DNA from: the human T2T-CHM13v2.0 reference genome, Homo sapiens
Direction: 5' to 3' (one strand)
NCBI RefSeq assembly: GCF_009914755.1
Contig: NC_060929.1
Length of the DNA stretch: 64,000 bases
Both the position numbers and the translations under genes were made by a program. The notes beneath the pieces were generated by a model. The model made no database searches. It saw only the letters and a list, made by a program, of their open reading frames with translations, and was not told the DNA's origin. Positions 1-25,497 of this stretch are shown here, one piece after another; within the stretch, counting starts at the first letter, position 1; each line of letters opens with the position of its first letter.

Positions 1-219
<219 letters not shown>

Positions 220-773
220 TTAAATATCCTTCAATAGGGGATATACATACACATACACACTTTTTTTGGTGTGTGAGAGATGGAGTCTCACTCTGTCCCC
301 CAGACTGAGTGCAGTGGTGCAATCTCAGCTCACTACAACCTCTGTGTTGAAAAAAAAATCATTGAATTGTACACCTAAAATGAATGAAATTGATGGCATG
401 TAAATTATACCTCAAAAAAGAGGTTGAAAGGAAAAGAAAAGGGGCCGGGCGTGGTGGCTCACGCCTGTAATCCCCAACACTTTGGGAGGCCAAGGCAGGT
501 GTATCACCTGAGGTCAGGAGTTCAAGACCAGCCTGGCCAACATGGCAAGTTCCTGTCTACTAAAAATACAAAAATTAGCTGGGCGTGGTGTCTGGCGCCG
601 TTAATCCCAGCTACTCGGGAGGCTGAGGCAGGAGAATCGCTTGAACCAGGGAGGAGGAGGTTGCGGTGAGCCCAAGATCGCGCCATTGCACTCTAGCCTG
701 GGCAACAAGAGCTAAACTCCGTCTCAAAAAAAAAAGAAAAGAAAAGAAAAGAAAAGGATTGATAAATTGATAA

Positions 774-1091
<318 letters not shown>

Positions 1092-1533
1092 TGACCCACC
1101 CGCCTCAGCCTCTCAAAGTGCTGGGATTACAGGCGTGAGCCACCGCGCCTGGCAAAAAAAACATTTTTTTTTTTAACCTGCACATTCTTTGACCTGGCAT
1201 CTTCACTTCTGGAAATTTATTACAGGCCAGGCACAGTGTCTCACACCTGTAATCCCAGCATTTTGGGAGGCCCAGGCGGGCAGATCACCTGAGGTCAGGA
1301 GTTCGAGACCAGCCTGACCAACATGGAGAAAACCGGTCTCTACTAAAAATGCAAAATTAGCCAGGGGCAGTGGCTCACGCCTGTAATCCCAGCACTTTGG
1401 AAGCCTGAGGCAGGCTGATCACGAGGTCAGGAGATCGAGACCATCCTGGCTAACACGGTGAAACCTCTTCTCTACTAAAAATACAAACCATTAGCCGGGC
1501 GTCGTGGCGGGCGCCTGTAGTCCCAGCTACTCA

Positions 1534-1887
<354 letters not shown>

Positions 1888-2301
1888 CTATAGTATTGTT
1901 TAGAATATTGAATATCTGAAAATAATTCAAGGCTGGGTGCGGTGGCTCACACCTGTAATCCCAGCAGTTTGGGAGGCCAAGGCTAGAGGATTGCTTGAGC
2001 TCAGGAGTTCAAGACCAGCCTGGGCAACATGGCAAAACCTTGTCTCTGCTAAAAATAGAAAAATTAGCCAGGTTTGGTGGTACATGCCTGTAGTCCCAGC
2101 TACTCAGGAGGCTGAGGTGGGGAGAATCGCTTGAACCTGGGAGGCAGAGGTTTCAGTGAACCAAGATCTCATGCCACGGCGCTCCAGCCTGGGTGACAAA
2201 GTGAGACTTTATCTCAAATAAATAAATAAATAAATAAAGTCAGGGTGTGGTGGCTCACGCCTGTAATCCCAGCACTTTGGGAGGCAGAGGCAGGTGGGTC
2301 A

Positions 2302-2698
<397 letters not shown>

Positions 2699-2778
2699 TC
2701 AAAAAAAAATTCAAAAGTTCTCTAATAGAGAATTAGTTAAATAAATATGGAAGGCTATGCCCCTATCAAAGAGCATGA

Positions 2779-3189
<411 letters not shown>

Positions 3190-3198
3190 TGAGACTGA

Positions 3199-3351
<153 letters not shown>

Positions 3352-3359
3352 TAGTATAG

Positions 3360-3587
<228 letters not shown>

Positions 3588-3914
3588 TGACCAAACCTGG
3601 CTAATTTTTTGTATTTTAGTAGAGACGCCCTGTTGTCCCGGATGGTCTGGAACTCCTGAGCTCAGGCAATTCACCCCCCTCAGCTTCCCAAAGTGCTAGG
3701 ATTACAGGTGTGAGCCACCTTGCCCGGCAATTTTTGTATTTTTAGTAGAGGCTGTGTTTCACCCTGTTGGCCAGGCTGGTCTCCAACTCCTGAACTCATG
3801 TGATCCACCCACCTCAGCTTCCCAAAGTGCTGGGATTACAGGTGTGAGCCACCGCACCCGGCCCACTTGCTTACCTTTTATATTATTTTGAAGTAAATCC
3901 AAGATATCATTTCA

Positions 3915-4309
<395 letters not shown>

Positions 4310-4638
4310 CTAGTCATTGTTCAAATTTCCAATTGTCTTATAAACTTCATTTTTAATAGTTTTTTGAAGCGGAATGTAAACAGGGTTCATACATTGTGAT
4401 TGATTGTTATGCTTCTTAAATATCATTTTTAACAGCTTTATTGAGATAAAATTCACATACCATGCAATCCACTCATTTAAAAAGTACGATTCAATCGATT
4501 TTAGTATATTCACAGAGTTGTTTGTCCATTGCCACAATCACTTTTATTAATTTTGCTTTGTTTTGTTTTGAGACAGTCTCGCTCTGTCACCCCGGCTGGA
4601 GTGCAGTGGTTCTCACCATGTCTCACCATGTTGGCTAG

Positions 4639-5583
<945 letters not shown>

Positions 5584-6093
5584 GTATTCCAAAAGACAAA
5601 TACTGAGGGATTCTACCAATGTGGGTAGAATCCCTTGGTAAAATATATATATATAAAACAGAGTCTGGTCACAGTGGCCCACGCCTGTAATCCCAGCACT
5701 TTGGGAGGCCGAGGCGGGCAGATCACCTGAGGTCAGGAGTTCAAGACCAGCCTGACCAACATGGAAAAACCCTGTCTCTACTAAAAATACAAAGGAATTA
5801 GCCGGGCATGGTGGCGCATGCCTGTAATCCCAGCTACTCCAGAGGCTGACGCAGGAGAATCATTTGAACCCAGGAGGCGGAGGTTGCGGTGAGCGATCAT
5901 GCCATTGCACTCTAGCCAGGGCAACAAGAGCAAAATCCATCTAAAAAAAAAAAAAAAGCATTTTCATTATATGTATATTACTACAATAAAAAAATGTTTA
6001 AGTACATTGCAGAATGAAATACTAGTTGGCAACAAAAGGGACGAATGTTGACGCACACAATTTAGATGGATCTCAAGGGAATTACGTGACTGA

Positions 6094-6226
<133 letters not shown>

Positions 6227-6399
6227 TAGCTGGGATTACAGGCGCCCACCACCACGACCAGCTAATTTTTGTATTTTTAGTAGAGACGGGGTTTCAACAT
6301 GTTGGTCAGGCTGGTCTCGAAACCCTGACCTCATGATCCACTTGCCTCGGCCTCCCAAAGTGCTAGGATTACAGGCATGAGCCACCGCACCTGGCCAGA

Positions 6400-7412
<1,013 letters not shown>

Positions 7413-7462
7413 AATAGTACATCGACATAACCTTCTATGTGACATAAACCCATCTTTGTTTA

Positions 7463-7645
<183 letters not shown>

Positions 7646-7845
7646 CTATCTAATTATCTGTTATTATCCCAGTATACCTTAGAGGAAACCAATGTGCAGG
7701 TTTGATTGTTAGCCTGTATTCTTAACCACTATGACATACAGTGTCTATATTTGTGTATACAATATTTACATTAAAAAGTTTGGGTCAGGCACGGTGGTTC
7801 ATGCCTGTAATGCCAGCACTTTGGGAGGCCAAGGTGGGCGGATCA

Positions 7846-8709
<864 letters not shown>

Positions 8710-9347
8710 TCAATGCTGGCACCTGTAGTCAGAACTACTCAGTAGCTGAGGTGGGAGGATCATTTGACTCCAGGAGTTGGAGTTTAGCCTGAGCAACATA
8801 ACTAGAACAACCCTACAAAAAAAAAATAATAAAAATAAAAAGTCTCCGGGCTCAGTGGCTCACACCTGTAATCCCAGCATTTTGGGAGGCTGAGGATGGC
8901 GGATCACTGGAGTTCAGGAGTTGGAGACTGGCCTGGCCAACATGGTGAAACCCTGTCTCTACTAAAAATACAAAAATTAGCCGGGTATGGTGGCACACAA
9001 CTGTAATCCCAGCACTTTGGGAGGCTGAGGTGGGCAGATCGCCTGAGGTCAGGAGTTCAAGACCAGCCTGGCCAACATGGCAAAAACCCATCTCTACTAA
9101 GTATACAAAAAGTAGCCGGGCATGGTGGCGTGCACCTGTAATCCCAGCTACTCAGGAGGCTGAGGCAGGAGAATTGCTTGAACCTGGGAGGCGGAGGTTG
9201 CAGTGAGCTGAGATGGTGTCACTGCATTCCACCCTGGGCGACAGAGCGAGACTCCATCTCAACAACAACAACAAAAAGTGTGAATTCACGAGTACCATTT
9301 GTTAGTGATAGTTATTCCTGGGAAGGTAGAGTGGTAGAGAAACAGGC

Positions 9348-9920
9348 TTACAGGCATGAGCCACCACACTCAGCCTGGAAGAATTCTATTAAGAGAAACT
9401 CCCTAACCTACTATTTTGTTAACCTATGGCATGATACAGTTTGTTTTGTTTTGTTTTGTGGAGATAGAGTCTCACTCTTTCACCTTGGGCTGGAGTGCAG
9501 TGGCAGGATCTCGGCTCACTGCAACCCCGCCTCCTGGGTTCAAGCAAGCATATGTGGCTAATTTTTGTATTTTTAGTGGAGATGGGGTTTTGCCGTGTTG
9601 GCTAGGCTGGTCTCAAACCCCTGACCTCAAATCATCAGCCTGCCTCAGCCTCCCAAAGTGCTGGGATTACAGGGGTCAGCCACCACGCCTGGCATGGCAT
9701 GACATAGTTTTGACAAATAAAAGTTCTTTATAGAACACTCAGGTTCATAGCAGCATTACTCACAATAGCCAAAAGGTAGAAGTAACCCAAGTGTCCATCA
9801 GCAGATGAAGGGATAAACATAATAAATATCCATATAATTCAGACTTAAAAAGGAAATAAATTCTACACATGCTACAACATAGATGAACCTAGAAGACATC
9901 ATGCTAAGTAAAATAAGCCA
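9348..9920 (+). repeat. Local dispersed duplication, copy 2
   Basis: Shares private features with copy 1, such as CACTCTTTCACCTTGGGCTGG and GTTCAAGCAAGCATATGTGGC. Confidence 0.9.
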
Positions 9921-9973
9921 ACTGTATGGGTTTGTTTCTGTGTTGTTTTAATAGTTTACACAAACATATGTAA

Positions 9974-10249
<276 letters not shown>

Positions 10250-10529
10250 TGAGCCACTGTGCCTGGCATATGTTACTTTTTAAATTAAACAAAAATATTA
10301 AAGAAATTTTCATGGGGCTGGGGGAAGAAGGTAAACTTTGTGTGACACCCCTCCTTTATGAACTAATGGAGAACATATACCCTACATTAGTTACATTATT
10401 CTGGAAGATGAACGCTTGGCACAGTGAGCTGCCAAACTGTTAGGGTGTCCTCCTTTCCCCGCTCCACTTTATATCCATCTCTTTGGCCATTCTGCCTTCC
10501 GTGGGCCCAGCTTCCCTCTATACCCACGT

Positions 10530-10780
10530 AGATCCTGGATTGCACGTCAGTAGGCGGGCTGCAGAGGAAGGGCGCTGTTCTGGTTGGTCCTGGCCTTACC
10601 CCGCCGGAGGGCGCCAGCTGCCCCGGCGACGACACGGGGGACCGGACGGAGCCTCGGGCCGCCAGGGAGGGGCCTGGCTGCAGAGGCAGCTTTCTCACTA
10701 GCGACTCGGGCCTCTCAAAACCAGCCTTTAGGCATTTAAAAAGTGATACGGTTCACGCCGGTCTTCGCCACCAGATCCCA
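10530..10780. promoter_or_regulatory. Small orphan CpG-rich patch, candidate enhancer or CTCF site
   Basis: Non-repeat GC/CpG-rich island about 17.5 kb upstream of the promoter. CTCF-like CCGCCGGAGGGCGC at 10601-10614 and a half-CRE ACGTCA. Confidence 0.5.
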
Positions 10781-11381
10781 ATTCTTTCCTGAGAGCAGTG
10801 CTGAAGTGACAATAGGCCCATAGCATTAAATGTCGTCTGCTTCCTTCTTCAAAGAAGACCGACTTCAACCAAAAGTTCAATTTCCTTAATGTAAATTAGA
10901 GGGAAATCAGCAATCACACTATCTGGAGTAGGCACAATTTGCATGAAGCCTTTGACAGGTGTTCACTTCATTTTCTTTTCCCACAGAGAGCCATTGAAGG
11001 CAGCAGGAATGTCAATGGAGTGATTTAGGGAACCCCACAGAAGACAAAGGATTTTTTTCTATTTCTTTGTTGTTGATAACAAAAGCAAAATATGCTTATT
11101 TAAACTGTAAATAATGTGACAGAGTATAAAGCAAAAAGTGAAAGAATCTTCCTTCACTTTCTCATGCAATTGCACAGGGATAACTAAGTAACTGCTGTTA
11201 AAAATGTGTTACTCATCTGTCTAGATCTTTTTTCTTTCTTTCTTTTTTTTTTTTTTTAATAGAGATGAGGTCTTGAGACGTTACCCAGGCTGGTCTGGAA
11301 CTCATGCAGTCCTCCCACCTCAGCCTCACAAAGTGCTGAGATTACAGGTGTGAGCCACTGCAATTTTTTTTTTTTTTTTAG

Positions 11382-11543
<162 letters not shown>

Positions 11544-11681
11544 TAGTTGAGACAGGGTTTCACCATGTTGGCCAGGCTGGCCTTGAACTCTTGACCTCAG
11601 GTGATCTACCCACCTCAGCCTCCCAAGTGCTGGTATTACAGGCGTGAGCCACTGCGCCCTGCCAAGCTACTGCATTCTAAC

Positions 11682-11706
11682 CACACACACACACACACAC
11701 ACACAC
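11682..11706. repeat. (CA)n microsatellite
   Basis: Read directly from the sequence. Confidence 0.95.
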
Positions 11707-11794
11707 CCCAAAATTTTATGAAGATTAAAGAAAACCTTTTATTGAGGTATAACTTACAATAAATAGTGCACATTTAAGTGTGCAGCTCCTTTAA

Positions 11795-12133
<339 letters not shown>

Positions 12134-12659
12134 TGAGCCACTGCACCTGGCCTGCTTTCTTAACTCAACAATGCTGTGGTAGTTCTTCCATAGGGACATA
12201 CAGATCTAACTCGATCTAACTCACGCTTTTTATGGTGGAATAGTATTCCATAGTATTAATTATGGTAATCTAATTAACTTTTCCCAATTGATGGATAGAT
12301 TGTCTTCAATTTTATTATTTTTAGATATGATAGGGATCTCTATGTTGCACAGGCCGGACTTGAATTCCTGGACTCAAGGTATCCTCCTGCCTCGGCCTCT
12401 AGAGTAGCTGAGACTATAAGCATATGCCACTGCTCTCAGCTTTGTCTTCTATTTTTTTTTTTTTACTATTGCGTGTTACCAGATTTTAAATTTTCTTTTT
12501 TTTTTTTAATTTTTTTTGTGGTGGAGTCTCGCTCTGTTGCCCAGGCTGGAGCACAATGGCATGATCTAGGCTCACTGCAACTTCCGCCTCCCGGGTTCAA
12601 GTAGTTCTCTGCCTCAGCCTCCCGAGTAGCTGGGATTATAGGCACCACCCACCATGCCC

Positions 12660-14073
<1,414 letters not shown>

Positions 14074-14136
14074 GGCCGGGCAAGGTGGCTCACGCCTGTA
14101 ATCCCAGCATTTTGGGAGGCTGATACGGGCGGATCA

Positions 14137-14394
<258 letters not shown>

Positions 14395-14634
14395 TCATGT
14401 ATCTATCATGAGTCAGGGGGTAATTTGTAAAGACAAGAACAGAAAATGCCATGTATTTTTAGTAGAGACGCGGTTTCACCATATTGGCCAGGATGGTCTC
14501 AATCTCTTGACCTCGTGATCCACCCAGCTCAACCTCCCAAAGTGCTGGGATTACATGCGTGGGCCACCATGCCTGGCTTTTTTTTTTGTTCTTGAGATGG
14601 AGTCTTGCCTGTCACCCAGGCTGGAGTGCAGTGA

Positions 14635-14883
<249 letters not shown>

Positions 14884-15227
14884 TGAGTAGCTGGGATTAC
14901 AGGCGCCTGCCACCACGCCCAGCTAATTTTTGTATTTTTAGTAAAGACAGTGTTTCACCATGCTGGCCAGGCTGGTCTCGAACTCCCCACCTCAGGTGAT
15001 CTGCCAGCCTCAGCCTCCCAAAGCGTTGGGATTACAGGCGTGAGCCACCGAGCCTGGCCAAAGTTTCATTATAAATTTAATGGCTGGGTGTGGTGGCTCA
15101 CGCCTGTAATCCTAGCACTTTAGGAGGCTGAAGCAGGCGGATGGTTTGAGCCCAGGAGATCAAGGTTGCAGTGAGCTACAATTGCACCACTGCATTCCAG
15201 CCTGGGCGACAGAGCGAGACTCCGTCT

Positions 15228-15285
<58 letters not shown>

Positions 15286-15719
15286 AATAAATAAATAAAT
15301 AAACGTTCCCTTCAAATAATACCTCCAAAAATGACAGATTTTGTAGGCAACTCATATATGCACGGCCTCTCATTCAAGTGTTCCTCGTTTTCCCACCTCC
15401 TCTATAAGATATAGAGGAAGGTTGGGGGACTGTCTGTGGATTGAACCGCCAGACTGTTTTCCAGACAGAAATCCCCCAAGATTGCTACACGGAGTGTGGG
15501 CTGAGCCTGCAGGAAACGATCCATCCTCTGCTGATGCACTGTCATCCCAGCCACAAGATCACAGGAAAAGGAGTGGTTGAGGCCTCTGGGAACCCAAAAC
15601 CCCAGCTTCACAAGGACTGAGCTTGTAGATTTCCCTCATGGGCAAAAGGTTGGCTAGGAGCAGTCTTTTATAATCCCTCTTTTCTCACAAAAATCATCAT
15701 CATCATCATTATCGTCATT

Positions 15720-16115
<396 letters not shown>

Positions 16116-16257
16116 TAGTAGAGACGGGGTTTTGCCATGTTGGTCAGGCAGGTTTCGAACTCCTGACATCATGATCTGCCTGCCTCTGCCTCCCAAAGTG
16201 CTAGGTTACAGGTGTGAGCCACTGTGCCCGGTCTTAAAAGCCCTGGTTCTAAACCAC

Positions 16258-18044
16258 TGAGAGGTGACAACGTGCTAGCAGCCCTCACTCATTCTGGGCG
16301 CCTCCTCGGCCTCGGCGTCCACTCTGGCTGCGCTTGAGGAGCCCTTCAGCCCGCCGCTGCACTGCGGGAGCCCCTCTCTGGGCTAGCTGAGGCCGGAGCC
16401 AGCTCCCTCTGCTTGCGGGGAGGTGTGGAGGGAGAGGCCCAGGCAGGAACTGGGGCTGCGCGCATGGCACTCGAGGGCCAGCGCGAGTTCCGGGTGCGCG
16501 GGGTCTTGGCGGCCCCGCACTCCGAGCGGCCGGCTGGCGCCGTGGGCCCAGGAAGTGAGGGGCTTAGCACCCTGGCCAGCCGCTGTGGAGGGTGCACTGG
16601 GTCCCCCAGCACTGCAGGCCCACCTGCTCTGCGCTCAAATTCTTGCCGGGCCTCAGCACCTGCCCGCAGGGCAGGGCTAGGGATCTGCAGCCCGCCATGC
16701 CTGAACACCCTCCCCCTACACCGTGAGCTCGCGGGGCTGGAGACTCCCCGACGGGGCGCCACCCCCTGCTCCGCGGCGCCCCATCCCATCGACCGCCCAA
16801 GGGCTGAGGAGTGCAGCTGCGCAGAGCGGGACTAGCGGGCAACTCCGCCCCGGCCCGGCACAGGATCCACTAGGCGAAGCCAGCTGGGCTCCTGAGTTGG
16901 GTGGGGACTTGGAGAACTTTTATGTCTAGCTGGAGGAGTGTACATGCGCCAATCAGCACTCTGTGTCTAGCTCAGGGTTCATGGATGCAGCAATCAGCAC
17001 TCTATCTAGCTAATCTGGTGGGGACTTGGAGAAACTTTATGTCTAGCTAAAGGATTGTAAATACACCAATTAGCACTCTGTGTCTAGCTCAAGGTTTGTA
17101 AACACACTAATCAGCACCCTGTGTCTAGCTCAAGGTTTGTAAATGCACCAATCAGTGCTCTGTGTCTAATCTAGTGGGGACTTGGAGAACCTTTATGTCT
17201 AGCTAAAGGATTGTAAATACACCAATCAGCATTCTGTGTCTAGCTCAAGGTTTGTAAACACACCAGTCAGCAGTCTGTGTCTAGCTCAAGGTTTGTAAAC
17301 GCATCAATCAGCACCCTGTGTCTAGCTCAAGGTTTGTAAATGCACCAATCAGTGCTCTGTGTCTAGTTAATCTAGTGGGGACTTGGAGAACTTTTACCTC
17401 AGGCTGGAGGATTGTAAATACAGCAATCAACACTCTGCGTCTAGCTCAGGGATTGTAAATGCACCAATCAGCACCCTGTCAAAACAGACCAATCAGCTGT
17501 CTGTAAAATGGACCAATCAGCGCTCTGTAAAATGGACCAATCAGCTCTCTGCAAATGGGCCAATCAGCAGGATGTGGGTGGGGTCAGAAAAGGGAATAAA
17601 AGCAGGCTGCCTGCGCTAGTAGTGGCAACTGGCTCAGGTTCTCTTCCACGCTCACGCTATGGGAGTTTTGTTTTTTTGATCTTTGAGATAACTTGCTGCT
17701 GCTCATTCTTTGGGTACACACTGAGTTTATGAGCTGTAACACTCTTCGTGAAGCTCTGCAGCCTCAATCCTGAGGCCACCGAGACCATGAACCCATGGGA
17801 GGAATGAGTAACTCCAGACGCGCTGCCTTAAGAGGTGTAATACTCACTGTGAAAGTCTGCAGCTTCACTCCTGAAGCCAGTGAGACCACAAATCCACCAG
17901 AAGGAAGAAACTCCAAACACGTCTGAACATCAGAAAGAACAAACTCCGGACATACCATCTTTAAGAACTGTAGCACTCATCATGAGAGTCTGGGGCTTCA
18001 TTCTTCAAGTCAGTGAGACCAAGAACCCACCAATTCCAGATACA
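16258..18044 (+). mobile_element. Solo LTR12 (ERV9 LTR, LTR12C/D/E type)
   Basis: Starts TGAGAGGTGACAACGTGCTAGCAGCCCTC and ends AAGAACCCACCAATTCCAGATACA. 4-bp TSD CCAC at 16254-16257 and 18045-18048. Tandem CCAATCAGCAC enhancer repeats; TATA-like AATAAAA at 17595. Confidence 0.95.
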
Positions 18045-18276
18045 CCACAGTATCATTGTACTACACGGCTCTCAGCACCACTGACCTTGGTATGGGAAAA
18101 AGCACAAGTGTGCATACCATCTTATTCTCCTTTTAGAATATTTCACCGGCGGGGGAGGGGGGAGGTCACACCTGTAATCCCAGCACTTTGGGAGATTGAG
18201 GCGGGTGGATTGTCTGAAGTCAGGAGTTCGAGACCAGCCTGGCCAATATAGTGAAACCCCATCTCTACTGAAATTA

Positions 18277-18525
<249 letters not shown>

Positions 18526-19306
18526 CTACTGGATTTTGAAACCCTTTGCACTGAGTGTAGACTGTAGTTCTGTGACATACCATGAAGAGTGTGTGTGTGT
18601 TTTAAGGGAGCTACTGTCTTACCCAAAACCTGTGAATATAAAGTGTTTTTTCATGAATTGCTCATTATTCAGCCAGTCGTTAATGAATTCATTCAACAAG
18701 TGTCTCTGAGATGCTAGACACTGGGGATTAAAAGAGGAACAACAGAGACAAGATCTCTGCCCTCCAGAAACTGACAGTCTATTGAATGAGACAGTTGTCT
18801 AACAATCACAATCAAGTGTGATCAATCTCTGGTGACAGGACTCTAACCTAGAGGCATGTGCCTAATCTGGGGTGACTGGTTAGGGAAAACTTCCAAAAAA
18901 GTTGTGACTTTTAGGCTAAAACCAGACTGCTAATAAACATAAAGTGTTACAGGAAGTAAGTGGCAAAGCTACTGTCATTTTTTTACTTAGCAATTTCAAT
19001 GAAGTGGGGCATGGATATGGTGCCAGATCCCAACAATAGAATAAATGCTGGTAAGCAGAACACATCCCAAATCTAATTACTTTAATGAGAGAGAACAACA
19101 GTACAAAAGGAATGTAAAATCAAGTATAATTCCTTGGATAAACCACTGTTCCCACTTTTGGCCATGAAAAAATGAGTTACTACAAACTGACAAAGCTTAC
19201 CTTTCCAAATAAATAGATTAGCCTCTAATAGATAAGCTCTAATAGCTAACTTTTTTTTTTTTTTTTTGAGACGGAGTCTCACTCTGTTGCCCAGACTGGA
19301 GTATAG

Positions 19307-19946
<640 letters not shown>

Positions 19947-20007
19947 TAGTAGAGACGGGGTTTCTCCATGTTAGTCATGCTGGTCTCGAACTCCCGATCT
20001 CAGGTGA

Positions 20008-20163
<156 letters not shown>

Positions 20164-20794
20164 TGAAGTGCTGGGATTACAGGCATAAGCCACCGCTCCT
20201 GGCCTCTACTAGCTGACATCTAATAGTGGTATCATCTTACAGAGTCTAGAATGTTTTGAGACAATCTTACATTTAAAAACTATACCTTACGAAATACCAG
20301 AAAAAGGGATCATACTGATGCAGCTAGGAAATCAATAACAGGTTATTCAATACTGCTTCATCAGCCATTCTCATAAAACACGATGAGCTCCCCTATAGGG
20401 TTGCTGAGATCCGGAAATAGGGAGTTCCCAAACTGCTTGGGCTGTACTCTCTATTCAGTAGTACTTTTTACCACAGCAGTCATCTGTCTATTTATATTAA
20501 TGAGACTGTTGTCCTTATCATTTAATCTCCAGCTATATCACAGCTGTCAGCTGTGGGAACACCTTTGCCAAGGGAAAGCCTCTAAATACTAAAATGTTTG
20601 CAGCACTAGGTTAACAACCAAGAGGGGAGATCAAACTCCAGGAACATGCAGTGTGCTTGCAATTTCAGTAAGGTAACAGAAGGTAAACCAGGGCCTGTAT
20701 GATCCACATGGGGTGAGTGGGAAGAAAAATGACCCCAAGGCAAAATCAATTATATAAGGCCTGAAAATTCTTTACACCCTTTAAAAATTTATAA

Positions 20795-21970
<1,176 letters not shown>

Positions 21971-21983
21971 GATTTTTTTTTTT

Positions 21984-22444
<461 letters not shown>

Positions 22445-22468
22445 TAATGAATTCCAAATAATTTTAAC

Positions 22469-22536
22469 ATTATTTGAAAATTATTTGAAATTATTTGAAA
22501 ATAATTTGAAAATTATTTGGAAATAATTTGAAAATA
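22469..22536. repeat. About 6 copies of a 10-11 bp unit ATWATTTGAAA
   Basis: Read directly; sits at the junction of two oppositely oriented L1 relics. Confidence 0.85.
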
Positions 22537-22539
22537 ACA

Positions 22540-24890
<2,351 letters not shown>

Positions 24891-25331
24891 CTGTTAATGC
24901 TGCAGTTTCATTTCTAGGAGTTTATCCTAAGGCACTCTTAGAGCTGTATAAAGATTAAGAGTCTGTTTATCAAGAAGAGTCATATGATTTTTTTTAAAAA
25001 AAGATCCTGTTTCTACAAAAAATAAATAAAAATTAGCCAGGCATGGTGGCTCCAGCTTATAGTTCCAGCTACTCAGCGGGCTGAAGTGGGAAGATCACTT
25101 GAGCCAGGAGTTGGAGGCTGACGTGTACCACTGCACTCCAGCCTGAGGGAGAGACAGTGACCCCATCTCAAGAAAAAAAAAGAAAAAAGATGAACTATAG
25201 GATAGCTAGGATATTTACCACAGCATTATTTTAATAGTAAAAATGGGAAACAAATGTTCCCCAAAATGTGACCAGTTAAATAAATATGGTACATTTATAT
25301 GCTAGAATACAAAGCCATTAAAATAAGGTAG

Positions 25332-25497
<166 letters not shown>

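Noticed and set aside
16900-17570. Regularly spaced ~40-bp repeats that superficially resemble a CRISPR array
   Set aside because: These are the LTR12 tandem enhancer repeats: no unique spacers, no cas genes, eukaryotic context.
16285-18251. ORFs and a CpG-island-like region at 16.3-16.9 kb
   Set aside because: Internal to the LTR12 U3/R/U5; no retroviral gag, pol or env sequence is present.
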